Shown: positions 1 to 8,749, counted from the stretch's first letter. The stretch: 64,000 nucleotides of DNA from an uncultured Clostridia bacterium (GCA_934748015.1 CAKVHF010000003.1:77743-141742), one strand, 5' to 3'. Notes: generated by a model from the sequence alone, not told the origin. Program-made: numbers and translations.

Positions 1-509
1 ACATGAATAACTTTGCCCTCTGGGCGTCTGCCACCCATTGTCTTAACTTCGGCAATAACAGTGTCGTTATTCTTAGCATCTTTAAGATCTTTCTGTGCTA
101 TAAATACATCCTCAATGCCTTCTTGCAAAGGGACTAGGAAAGCGTAACCACTTCTGGTCATGTCTATCTTGCCCTCAACCCTAGTTACACGTTTCTTATC
201 TCGTTTATCCTTCTTAGACAACATTGCATAGGCTTCTTGAACCATATTGTTATCTACTAGTCCAGTTCCCAGCTTTGGGTTTGCCCCACGCCTTGTCTTC
301 TTAAGGCTAGGGATAGCTGTTGTGCCCTTCTCAAGAATATTGTTGTTAAGACTATAGATGCCGGCATCAATAAGATTGTCCAGTTGCATCTTCATGTCTT
401 CGTATGGTTTGTTATTAAGCACACAAAGTTGTGCTATAACAAAATCATATTCCAGACCAGCCAGCCTATTGCTGGTGATCTGATTCTCTATCTTATTCCT
501 ATCTTGCAT
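1..509 (-). CDS. rnr: Ribonuclease R (RNase II family), N-terminal fragment; the gene continues beyond the window start
   Basis: Not in the ORF track because it runs off the edge. My translation from ATG 509-507 is MQDRNKIENQITSNRLAGLEYDF...VTRVEGKIDMTRSGYAFLVPLQEGIEDVFIAQKDLKDAKNNDTVIAEVKTMGGRRPEGKVIHV. This is an HTH-like N-terminus followed by a cold-shock/OB-like segment, as in RNase R. The frame is open to position 1. Confidence 0.6.
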   Translation of the reverse strand, partial: MQDRNKIENQITSNRLAGLEYDFVIAQLCVLNNKPYEDMKMQLDNLIDAGIYSLNNNILEKGTTAIPSLKKTRRGANPKLGTGLVDNNMVQEAYAMLSKKDKRDKKRVTRVEGKIDMTRSGYAFLVPLQEGIEDVFIAQKDLKDAKNNDTVIAEVKTMGGRRPEGKVIH

Positions 510-541
510 TATTTTACCTTTTTTCTTTCTAATCTATATAA

Positions 542-2347
542 CTAATCTGTCAAAATTGCTTTAATTCTTCTTACGCCAGAACTACTGCTCTCTTCCTTAA
601 TAATCTTGAATATGCCGAGGTCCTTAGTGTTCTGAGCATGAGGTCCACCGCAAATCTCCTTAGACACATTGCCTATGGTGTATACAGTTACTCTATCGCC
701 ATATTTGTTATCAAAGATACCCATTGCACCGCTATTTCTAGCCTCATCCAAAGTCATCTCCTCGCATACAACAGGGATTGCATCTTGTATCCAAGTATTG
801 ACATCGTTCTCTACCATCAAGATCTCCTCAGGGGTCATCTTTCTGTCAAAACTGAAGTCAAATCTCATACGCTCTAGTGTAATATTGCTACCTCTCTGAA
901 GTACTGTGTCACCAAAGTGTTTACGAAGGGATGCTAGTAGCAAGTGTGTTGCAGTGTGATACTTAGCATAGCCATAATCTGTGCCAGCTAGTCCACCCTT
1001 AAATACACCTGCACTGCTTGTTCTACTCTTCTCTTGGTGAGCTTTGTAGCACTCGTTGTATTCTTCTATATTGACTTCCAAGCCCTTCTCCTTAGCAAGT
1101 TCGCAAGTAAGTTCTAGAGGGAAACCAAATGTATCATATAGTCTAAATGCAACTGCACCATTGATCTTAACATCGGTCATATCGCCAGTTACTTTCTCAA
1201 ATTCTTTCAAGCCTTGAGCAATTGTGTTGCTAAATTTCTTAACTTCTTTGTTAAACTCATCTCTAATAAAGTCTTGGTTCTTATCTAGGCATGTATATGT
1301 ATCCTTGAAGAAATCAATGTAGAAATCAACAACCTCTTGCAATTTAGATGCTTCAATACCCAATCTACGAGCAAAGTTGATACTACGTCTGATAAGTCTA
1401 CGAAGAACATAGCCTCTACCGATGTTGCTAGGAGTAGTTGCTATTTCGTCACCAAGGACCATAGTAGATGTACGCAAGTGATCGGTTATGATACGCATTG
1501 CTCTGTCTATCTCTTCATCTACGCCATACTTCTTGCCACTCAACTTCTCTAGTATCTCAATGGCTGGCTTTAGACTATCTACCTCGTATACATTCTTGTA
1601 ACCGTTAAGCACACAGACAGTACGCTCTACACCCATACCTGTATCTACGTTCTTACTCTTAAGTGGCTCAATTGGAGCACCTGCTTCTCTTCTAACAAAG
1701 CCCATAAATACATCGTTCCATATCTCTAGAAATCTACCACAATCACATGCTGGAGAACAATCTTTGCCACATGGTGCTTTGTCTGTAATATAGAACATTT
1801 CGCTATCTGGACCACATGGACCTACCTCACCTAGTTCCCACCAGTTATTCTCTTTGCCATTCTCTTTCTTGCCAAGATAGTAGATATTCTCTTCCTTGAT
1901 ACCTAGTTCTTTCCAACGATTGTAAGTTTCCTCATCTCTTGGACTATTCTCGTTGCCAGCAAATACGCTAACTGCAATACGATCTACAGGAAGATTAAGA
2001 TAATCTTTGCCGGTCAAAAATTCGTAAGAATAGCCAACTATTTCGTTCTTGAAATAATCTCCTAGACTCCAACTGCCTAACATCTCAAAGAATGTCAAGT
2101 GGCTAAAATCACCAACAGATTCGATATCGTTAGTTCTTACGCATTTCTGGAAATCGCAAAGTCTACGACCCTGTGGGTGATCCTTGCCTAGCAAATATGG
2201 AACAAGCGGATGCATGCCTGCAGTTGTAAATAGCACCGATCCATCATTGTCAGGGACAAGTGATGCACTATCTATTTGTTGGTGATTTTTCTCTTTAAAA
2301 AATTTAATAAATTTTTCTTTTAATAATTTAGTAGTAATATTTCCCAT
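542..2347 (-). CDS. alaS: Alanine--tRNA ligase, short form (601 aa, no C-Ala domain)
   Basis: Class II core motifs are present: FTTAGMHPLVPYLLG, QKCVRTNDIESVGD, TFFEMLGSWSLGDYFK. Editing-domain zinc motifs HTATHLL (~aa 464) and CGGPH (~aa 566) are also present. The ORF ends 31 aa later at TAG 542-544. Confidence 0.9.
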   Translation of the reverse strand: MGNITTKLLKEKFIKFFKEKNHQQIDSASLVPDNDGSVLFTTAGMHPLVPYLLGKDHPQGRRLCDFQKCVRTNDIESVGDFSHLTFFEMLGSWSLGDYFKNEIVGYSYEFLTGKDYLNLPVDRIAVSVFAGNENSPRDEETYNRWKELGIKEENIYYLGKKENGKENNWWELGEVGPCGPDSEMFYITDKAPCGKDCSPACDCGRFLEIWNDVFMGFVRREAGAPIEPLKSKNVDTGMGVERTVCVLNGYKNVYEVDSLKPAIEILEKLSGKKYGVDEEIDRAMRIITDHLRTSTMVLGDEIATTPSNIGRGYVLRRLIRRSINFARRLGIEASKLQEVVDFYIDFFKDTYTCLDKNQDFIRDEFNKEVKKFSNTIAQGLKEFEKVTGDMTDVKINGAVAFRLYDTFGFPLELTCELAKEKGLEVNIEEYNECYKAHQEKSRTSSAGVFKGGLAGTDYGYAKYHTATHLLLASLRKHFGDTVLQRGSNITLERMRFDFSFDRKMTPEEILMVENDVNTWIQDAIPVVCEEMTLDEARNSGAMGIFDNKYGDRVTVYTIGNVSKEICGGPHAQNTKDLGIFKIIKEESSSSGVRRIKAILTD

Positions 2348-2408
2348 AAATTTTCTCCATTATAAAATCTTGTATGTATGTTTGTAATAAACTTTAAAAA
2401 AATACTTG

Positions 2409-3911
2409 TTAGAATATGTCCGATAGGTCATCATCGGTTATGTCAGATGCCTCGACTAGTTCTTGCTCCTCTGGGATATCCATATCCTCACTAGAAGTTG
2501 CATGCTCTGGACGGTATTCGGCTGGTGCTGTTGCAGATAGGCTCTTCTCTTCTGCATTAGGCCCAACATCCACGAATGTAGTGATACCGCCAATCCATTT
2601 AACCTCAATTGTGCCAGTGTTACCATTTCTGTGCTTAGCCACAATCAGTTCACACATTTCCTCTGGTGATCTAACCATTCGCTTGTTTTTGTCATCCATA
2701 TACATGTTAGGATTGTATATGAACATGATTATATCTGCGTCCTGCTCGATAGAACCAGAGTCTCTTAGGTCGGACGGCATAGGTCTGTGATTGGCTCTGC
2801 CTTCCGTTCCACGGCTAAGTTGGGATAGTAACAAAATTGGAACATCCAATTCTCTAGCCGCCATCTTCAATGATCTAGTAATATTACCAATCTCCAATGT
2901 ACGATTGTCGGTTGCCTTGCCATCACCTTGCATCAACTGTAGATAGTCGATCATAACTAGGTCTAACCCCTTCTCTCTCTTAAGTCTACGGCACTTGCTT
3001 ATGATATCTGCTGGGACTTTCGAAAATCCTTCGTCAACATAAATATCTGCTTTTGCCAACTTCTCTTTTGCAGCATATATTGCTTGCCAATCTTCTTTGG
3101 TTAGTCTGCCTTCTTTGACCTTAGTAGAATCAACAAACGCAATAGAACATATTGCCCTTTGGATAATCTGTTCTTTGCTCATCTCAAGTGAGAATATAGC
3201 AACTTTTTTGCCATCATTAAGTGCAGAATATGTGGCAATGTTCATACCCAAACTGGTTTTACCACCACCCGGTCTAGCAGCAAGCAAAATAAGGTCGGAT
3301 TTCTGCAATCCATTGGTCATCTTGTCTAGTCCATAGATACCAGTTCTGATACCCTTAACTGCACCTTTGTTCTTCTCTAGTTCAATAAACTTATCTATAA
3401 CGTTGTTAAGAGAGTCTACAACTGGTGTTAGTCCGCCACGATCTTCCTTCTCTGCAATATTGAATATGTTTTGTTCTGCATAAGATATTGCTTCGTCCTT
3501 CTCGTGACCTTCGTAAGCATAGTTGATAATGTCATTGCCAGCGGCGATTATCTGTCTCAACACACTATTACGCTTAACAATCTCGACATAGTGATTATAG
3601 TTGCTAGCACTAGGAACAATATTGGCTAGAGTAGTCAAGTATTCAATTCCGCCGACACTGTCTAAGTTGTTATTTCTCTCCAATTCCGCCATCAATGTAA
3701 CTAAGTCCACTGGCATATTATTAGCATACACCTTGTACATATCTTCAAATATAATACTGTGTGCATCCATGTAGAAGTCACTGCTCTTCAAAGCTGACAT
3801 AATATTGATTGCTGCATCTTGGTCTATAAGCACACAACCTAGCACGCATTGTTCACTCTCTAAGTTGTGTGGTTGAATTCTTGCATCAGGTATTTTGTTT
3901 ACTTTTGGCAT
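2409..3911 (-). CDS. dnaB: Replicative DNA helicase DnaB with a 50-aa acidic C-terminal extension
   Basis: Motifs LAARPGGGKTS (Walker A), FSLEMS, IDYLQLM and LLLSQLSRG are present. The ATG overlaps the upstream stop (TAATG at 3909-3913). The tail ends ...EASDITDDDLSDIF. Confidence 0.92.
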   Translation of the reverse strand: MPKVNKIPDARIQPHNLESEQCVLGCVLIDQDAAINIMSALKSSDFYMDAHSIIFEDMYKVYANNMPVDLVTLMAELERNNNLDSVGGIEYLTTLANIVPSASNYNHYVEIVKRNSVLRQIIAAGNDIINYAYEGHEKDEAISYAEQNIFNIAEKEDRGGLTPVVDSLNNVIDKFIELEKNKGAVKGIRTGIYGLDKMTNGLQKSDLILLAARPGGGKTSLGMNIATYSALNDGKKVAIFSLEMSKEQIIQRAICSIAFVDSTKVKEGRLTKEDWQAIYAAKEKLAKADIYVDEGFSKVPADIISKCRRLKREKGLDLVMIDYLQLMQGDGKATDNRTLEIGNITRSLKMAARELDVPILLLSQLSRGTEGRANHRPMPSDLRDSGSIEQDADIIMFIYNPNMYMDDKNKRMVRSPEEMCELIVAKHRNGNTGTIEVKWIGGITTFVDVGPNAEEKSLSATAPAEYRPEHATSSEDMDIPEEQELVEASDITDDDLSDIF

Positions 3912-4282
3912 TATTTATTATCCTCGCTTGATTTCGAATTTTTCTTTTCCTTTCTCTCTTCTACCTCAGTAACAATAATTACATCTGCCTCATTTTCTTC
4001 TTTTTGCTTTCTAGCCTTTGCTTTCTTTGCCTCTTTTCGTTCCTCTTCTTCCTTGGTCTCTTTTCGTTTAGCTATCTTATCTAGCATAACCTCCACCAAG
4101 AATATATACACAAGACCAATTGCGACATCCAGTAGTACATAGCCTATTGTACTAACCAGAAATCCGCATAGCCAGTTAACCAAGATAAGTATAGGAAGCA
4201 GTGTCAACAATATTAGTCCATATTTCAAAAGCAATTTCTTCATTACTCTTTTGTCAAAAATATATCTGTTATCATTATCCAT
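3911..4282 (-). CDS. Small two-TM membrane protein with a Lys/Glu-rich C-terminal tail
   Basis: I moved the start to ATG 4282 (MDNDNRYIF...), which follows GGAGG and overlaps the upstream stop. Two hydrophobic helices are followed by KRKETKEEEERKEAKKAKARKQKEENE. The gene is translationally coupled to dnaB. Confidence 0.5.
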   Translation of the reverse strand: MDNDNRYIFDKRVMKKLLLKYGLILLTLLPILILVNWLCGFLVSTIGYVLLDVAIGLVYIFLVEVMLDKIAKRKETKEEEERKEAKKAKARKQKEENEADVIIVTEVEERKEKKNSKSSEDNK

Positions 4283-5222
4283 TATTATTTTCCTCCTTCT
4301 TAGTCTTAAGGTTGGCATTGCGGATGAACATGTATAATATACTAATTCCTGCAACGGCTAGTCCTATAACATACCACCATACACGTACTGGAGATAGTCT
4401 ATATAGTTCCATCTCTTTGCCGTTTAGATCATTAAGGTTCCACTCATGGACAATATATCCGTTAAGTTCTGGGTCGTTATACACCTTATCCGCATTGGAT
4501 TTAAACCTCTTATCGTTAGTTTCGAAAGACTGGGTTATGTCAATATTGTCTAGCACCTCATCCGATGTATAAGATGTGGAAAGTAGTGAATTAACCCTTG
4601 TGACATAGTAATCTAAGTATTTCTGATCCATTCCCCTATAGATATTGCCAAACTTATCCACAATACTATCACTGCCAAATACCAACTTTTTAGTACACCA
4701 AGCATCCTCTCTTATATCATAATCGCTAGTTACTATATCAGTCATAAACTGTCCATAGTCTTTGATATCAAAGCCCTTGACACCCTCGATATCAACTACA
4801 CCATACTTAGCCAAAATCTCTGGAGTGTTAAGCCCATAGAAATAAATGTAGTACTCAATTGATGTAAATTCTATTATAATACTGAAAGTATATCCATCGG
4901 CACTTGCTCTACGCTCGGTTGTTCGGACAGATATGTTCTCCTTGAATTCTTGTCCCAAATTGATATCCAAAATATACTTGTCACCCATATTGTCATCAAT
5001 CCATTGTGTCACTGCACGATAGTAATTATCAACATCACTCTTGATTGTTCCATACAATGCTTCGCTACTAGAATTGTTAAACATATCTTTGGATAGAGTA
5101 ATATTAACCTCATCAATTATTGAGCCAGACTTGGTGTATATTCTGCGATAATCTATATTGGCACAACCAACCATGGATATGCATGCTATCATTAACACAA
5201 AACTTAGTAATATTTTCTTCAA
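4275..5222 (-). CDS. Putative lipoprotein with a C-terminal TM helix
   Basis: The start is set at TTG 5222, six nt after GAGGGG. The N-terminus is KKILLSFVLMIACISMVGC, a signal peptide plus a lipobox-like MVGC. A C-terminal helix WWYVIGLAVAGISILYMFI is present. There is no recognisable enzymatic motif. Confidence 0.55.
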   Translation of the reverse strand: MKKILLSFVLMIACISMVGCANIDYRRIYTKSGSIIDEVNITLSKDMFNNSSSEALYGTIKSDVDNYYRAVTQWIDDNMGDKYILDINLGQEFKENISVRTTERRASADGYTFSIIIEFTSIEYYIYFYGLNTPEILAKYGVVDIEGVKGFDIKDYGQFMTDIVTSDYDIREDAWCTKKLVFGSDSIVDKFGNIYRGMDQKYLDYYVTRVNSLLSTSYTSDEVLDNIDITQSFETNDKRFKSNADKVYNDPELNGYIVHEWNLNDLNGKEMELYRLSPVRVWWYVIGLAVAGISILYMFIRNANLKTKKEENNNG

Positions 5223-5350
5223 GACACACCCCTCAGTATAAATATATATACTAGTATACAATAATTAAACATAATGCACAATATTTTTTGGGGCACAAAA
5301 TTGTATTTTTTACTAAAATTGTTTCAATAATAAATATGTGCAAAATAAAT

Positions 5351-5379
5351 TTGCAAAAAAAAACAGAATTTAATATAAT
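5351..5379 (+). promoter_or_regulatory. Sigma-A-type promoter TTGCAA-17-TATAAT, predicting a leaderless or near-leaderless mRNA
   Basis: TTGCAA lies at 5351-5356, a 17-nt spacer follows, and TATAAT lies at 5374-5379. The ATG of the next ORF is at 5386, only 6 nt after the -10 element. Confidence 0.55.
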
Positions 5380-5385
5380 GAAAGC

Positions 5386-6180
5386 ATGGAAGATAGATTT
5401 TATAATTACAATAGAAAAAACACCGCTCTTACAATTGAAGAAGAGAGCGAATATCAAATAACTAGTGAACATCTTAAGGATGCAGTGGTCGTCAATAGTA
5501 GTCTGGGTAGCAAATTGGTGATGAGTAACTATAAGAAGGATAAGGAGCACCTAACAAGATACAGCACCCTAGTGCGAAAGAATTTTGGTCACTATGTTGA
5601 AAGCACTAAAATCATCAAAACATATTATGATACTGATGATATGTTTTTTCATAGTGTAGGCATCAATATTTGTGAAACTATTGACAAGAAGCACAAAGAA
5701 AAAGAGATAATTGTTAGATATGATAGCAATGTGGAGAGAATAACTTATCTTAAATTCTTGCCCGATACATATTATCTAAAGGTTAAGACTGGGGATAAGA
5801 TATCTAAACATTTAGACTTTATCGAAAGTGCAATCTTACAACTTATCACCAACGGATTGCAGACCAATGTCATGAACCTACTTAAGACAATCAAGCCTCT
5901 TATCATGGTTAACAAGGATAGAGAGATCTGGAATTACGCCCTACCTAACAAGTTGATAGTTAACTTCAACTTCGATAGATGCGTATACTCTACTACCAAA
6001 AATAGAGATAAATATAAGGTGGATATCCTGGAGATTACTGCTGAAAATAAGCCTAACGAATTCAGTGATGTATACAACAACTTTATCAAAGATCTTATTA
6101 TGGATCTGCCAACACTGATCGAGGCAAAACACAGTGATCTATTTATAGGACTAGACTACCTACTAGACATAAGAAAATAG
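5386..6180 (+). CDS. Hypothetical protein (264 aa)
   Basis: A long ORF follows a strong promoter. There is no SD sequence. Segments IEEESEYQI near the N-terminus and VDILEITAE near the C-terminus faintly recall the acidic strands of CYTH/triphosphate-tunnel proteins, but the canonical ExExK lysine is not evident. Confidence 0.45.
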   Translation: MEDRFYNYNRKNTALTIEEESEYQITSEHLKDAVVVNSSLGSKLVMSNYKKDKEHLTRYSTLVRKNFGHYVESTKIIKTYYDTDDMFFHSVGINICETIDKKHKEKEIIVRYDSNVERITYLKFLPDTYYLKVKTGDKISKHLDFIESAILQLITNGLQTNVMNLLKTIKPLIMVNKDREIWNYALPNKLIVNFNFDRCVYSTTKNRDKYKVDILEITAENKPNEFSDVYNNFIKDLIMDLPTLIEAKHSDLFIGLDYLLDIRK

Positions 6181-6261
6181 TGATGCATGCAGTTAGGTAG
6201 TTTATAACTATCAATGCAATAAATATTAAAACTAAATAAAACTCTATTTAATCAGGTACGA

Positions 6262-7050
6262 ATGGATTGTAGATATGTAAAAAAAATATTACAAAGCTTA
6301 AAAATACACAATAATAGTTTTTACAAAATAATTGAAAAAAATTTTTTATTTTTACTGCAAAATGAAACCATTGAAAAAATAAATTCTATCTACAACGACT
6401 TGTCTTTTCTTGGTTTAGTATTTAATAAATATAGATACGCCCTCTTGTTGTCAATAATAAAAGGTGTATCTGAAAACAAAATAAAAATAATATCAATTTG
6501 TAGCGACGCTCTAACAAAAAATCCAGACATTTTAAGGAAAAAAATCCAGTATTGCAAAATTGAATATTTGTGCAAAATACTAAAATCCTTGTCAAAAAAA
6601 CATGGTATTTCAATTGAATATTTTTGCATTTTACCAAATATTAACCCTTTGTTTAAAGACAAAATATTTGCAACATCTTGGGAAAAAAATAGACAAGAAA
6701 TAGAAAAAATAGGTAAAGTAAAATGCGTTTTATTGACAGATATAGCTTCAAATGATTATTCAAACATTTTGTTAAACTTATCTAGTTATGTGAATTGCAT
6801 AGATTTATGCAAAAAAATAGATTATTATCAAAATAATCTATTTATTACTTTGGGATTTAAGGCGAGCGAAGACTTTCAAAAAAATCAAATTCTAACCTAT
6901 ACTGCTACAGGTATTTTATTGGAGAAACACTTTTCCCACTTTATTTTAATTGACATACAAAAGAAAAACTTTCCATTTGAACAAAAGTTTTACAACTATG
7001 GAAGAAAAGTCTTATTGCCAATAATTTTTTTTGGACAAAATGTTAGATAA
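6262..7050 (+). CDS. Hypothetical protein (262 aa), extremely AT-rich gene
   Basis: The ORF is Lys/Ile/Asn-rich and I recognise no motif. Its 3' end overlaps the convergent gene by 8 nt (7043-7050). Confidence 0.4.
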   Translation: MDCRYVKKILQSLKIHNNSFYKIIEKNFLFLLQNETIEKINSIYNDLSFLGLVFNKYRYALLLSIIKGVSENKIKIISICSDALTKNPDILRKKIQYCKIEYLCKILKSLSKKHGISIEYFCILPNINPLFKDKIFATSWEKNRQEIEKIGKVKCVLLTDIASNDYSNILLNLSSYVNCIDLCKKIDYYQNNLFITLGFKASEDFQKNQILTYTATGILLEKHFSHFILIDIQKKNFPFEQKFYNYGRKVLLPIIFFGQNVR

Positions 7051-7723
7051 CTAACGTCCTAAACAAATGTCTTGAACCGTTTTGTCCCCATTTCGTAACA
7101 TTCCTTCCTGCAGCGAATTTCCAATTATCTAATATTAAAATATCGCCTTTTTTGTAAGATATTAATTTAACTGATTTTTCGCAAATTTCAACGAAGGATT
7201 TTAACGATTTATTATTTGAGTTAAAAACATCTAGCCTGAATCTAAAAAGTTCAATTTCTCCATCAATACAATTAATAAATTTGGCCAATTTATTGTATCC
7301 CATATCCCTATTTAAAGGACAATTGTATTGAACCTCTAGATTCAATAATTCTTTTTTATCATTTTCATTAAGTTTATTAAAAGATGCTAACAGGTCAACT
7401 GATGTTATTTCACCAAATGACATATTATAAACATCTTCTACATATAGAATTTCAAATCGTGGAGGTATTCTCCAATAACTTTTATCTGTATGAAGCGGTA
7501 ATTTCTCCGTTCCAGTCCCGTCGTTTATAAAAATATCGTCACACAATGACTTACCCCTTCCAGATGGAACAATTTCTCCAAAGTTATAACAGAAATTTAT
7601 AAATTGATCCTTTGATATTTTACCTACATTAAAAACTGAGTATCCATTGCTTAAAACCTCAGAATATTTATCTTCTATATCAACTCCTAAATTCTCAATT
7701 TTCTTGAACAATATATGCTGCAT
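7043..7723 (-). CDS. TauD/TfdA-like Fe(II)/2-oxoglutarate dioxygenase-fold protein (226 aa), distal His not conserved
   Basis: KLPLHTDKSYWRIPPRFEILY carries the HxD motif (H78, D80). FGEITSVD stands in the place of GGxTxxxD. The C-terminal GDILILDNWKFAAGR has Ala where the family motif DNxxxxHxR has the second iron-ligand His. Confidence 0.5.
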   Translation of the reverse strand: MQHILFKKIENLGVDIEDKYSEVLSNGYSVFNVGKISKDQFINFCYNFGEIVPSGRGKSLCDDIFINDGTGTEKLPLHTDKSYWRIPPRFEILYVEDVYNMSFGEITSVDLLASFNKLNENDKKELLNLEVQYNCPLNRDMGYNKLAKFINCIDGEIELFRFRLDVFNSNNKSLKSFVEICEKSVKLISYKKGDILILDNWKFAAGRNVTKWGQNGSRHLFRTLVI

Positions 7724-8672
7724 GTTTATTCATCTCCTTTGTTAATATATTTGAATTGTTTTTTAAATCATTATACGTTGGTAAATTTTTAAATATTGGC
7801 AATTCACCCATTCGACACTCATTAAAACTGAAAAATTTTAAACAATAATTATTTTCCAAATGAGTTGGTGGAGGCAAAACAAAATTTGGAATATCACCCA
7901 TTATTCGACCAAACCAATATTGTTTTTTAAACTTAAAGTGAGAAAATCCACCTTTCGCCAATAATGAATAAATAGGATTGTCATAATCAATTCTTAACGG
8001 ATGTTCGCCAGCAATAAAATCATTTTCAATTATCTCTTGCACTATAATATTTTGATTATTATTTAAAATAGAATTGTTGTATTTTGCACTCATTAAATAT
8101 GGAATTGCTCTGCCTCCAATGTTTTTATAATGCTTTAAAAATTTAATTCTTTTTTCATGCTCTTCAGGAGAATCCAATGCTGAAACTGATACTCGTATTT
8201 CAGTATTATTTTTCTTTAACGTTTCCAATATGCTATCACTTGGATATTTATGAATCTTTGTTATTATTAGCATAAAAATATTATACGATGCCAAAATGTT
8301 TGAAATATCGGCAACAAGTTGCCAAGAATCATTTGAAAATGAACAATCTGACACCCACCCTTGTCTTAACCATTTTACATCTTTGGGTAGCTTCCTTAGA
8401 TCAGAAATAAAAATATTTTTATCAAAAATATTGTTATTCCTATTACCAAAATCATAACCTTGCTTTACCCAAAAATCACAAGCAGTACAATTTCCATAAC
8501 ATACATTATCAATAGCGAGACAACCTGAAACCACATCAGTCATTAATGTATTAAATGGAAGTCCACCTGAGACACCGCATCGTATTTTTAAAACAGGCAT
8601 CTCTTTTAATTTGATTTTGTTTGTTTTTTTCTTAGGTAGTTTATAATATTCTCTATAATCTCTGTATTCCAT
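7695..8672 (-). CDS. Radical-SAM-like protein (325 aa)
   Basis: The CxxxCxxC motif is present as NVCYGNCTACDFW. Downstream segments (WLRQGWVSDCS, EIRVSVSALDSPEEHEKRIKFLKHYKNIGGRAIPYLM) resemble the barrel strands of SplB/COG1533-type radical SAM enzymes. The stop overlaps the next gene by 29 nt. No SD sequence is obvious. Confidence 0.45.
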   Translation of the reverse strand: MEYRDYREYYKLPKKKTNKIKLKEMPVLKIRCGVSGGLPFNTLMTDVVSGCLAIDNVCYGNCTACDFWVKQGYDFGNRNNNIFDKNIFISDLRKLPKDVKWLRQGWVSDCSFSNDSWQLVADISNILASYNIFMLIITKIHKYPSDSILETLKKNNTEIRVSVSALDSPEEHEKRIKFLKHYKNIGGRAIPYLMSAKYNNSILNNNQNIIVQEIIENDFIAGEHPLRIDYDNPIYSLLAKGGFSHFKFKKQYWFGRIMGDIPNFVLPPPTHLENNYCLKFFSFNECRMGELPIFKNLPTYNDLKNNSNILTKEMNKHAAYIVQEN

Positions 8673-8719
8673 ATCAATTGAATATTACCATACAAATAAT
8701 TAAAAGGCAATCAATTTCA

Positions 8720-8749
8720 TTGACAATATAATTAAACACATTATATAAT
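8720..8749 (+). promoter_or_regulatory. Sigma-A promoter TTGACA-18-TATAAT for trpS
   Basis: TTGACA lies at 8720-8725 and TATAAT at 8744-8749, about 64 nt upstream of the GTG start. That leaves no room for a T-box leader. Confidence 0.7.

Noticed and set aside
5251-5550. A 99-aa minus-strand ORF spanning the promoter and start of the 264-aa gene.
   Set aside because: It overlaps a strong promoter and a better ORF. It is Ile/Phe/Leu-rich from AT-rich DNA and has no RBS.
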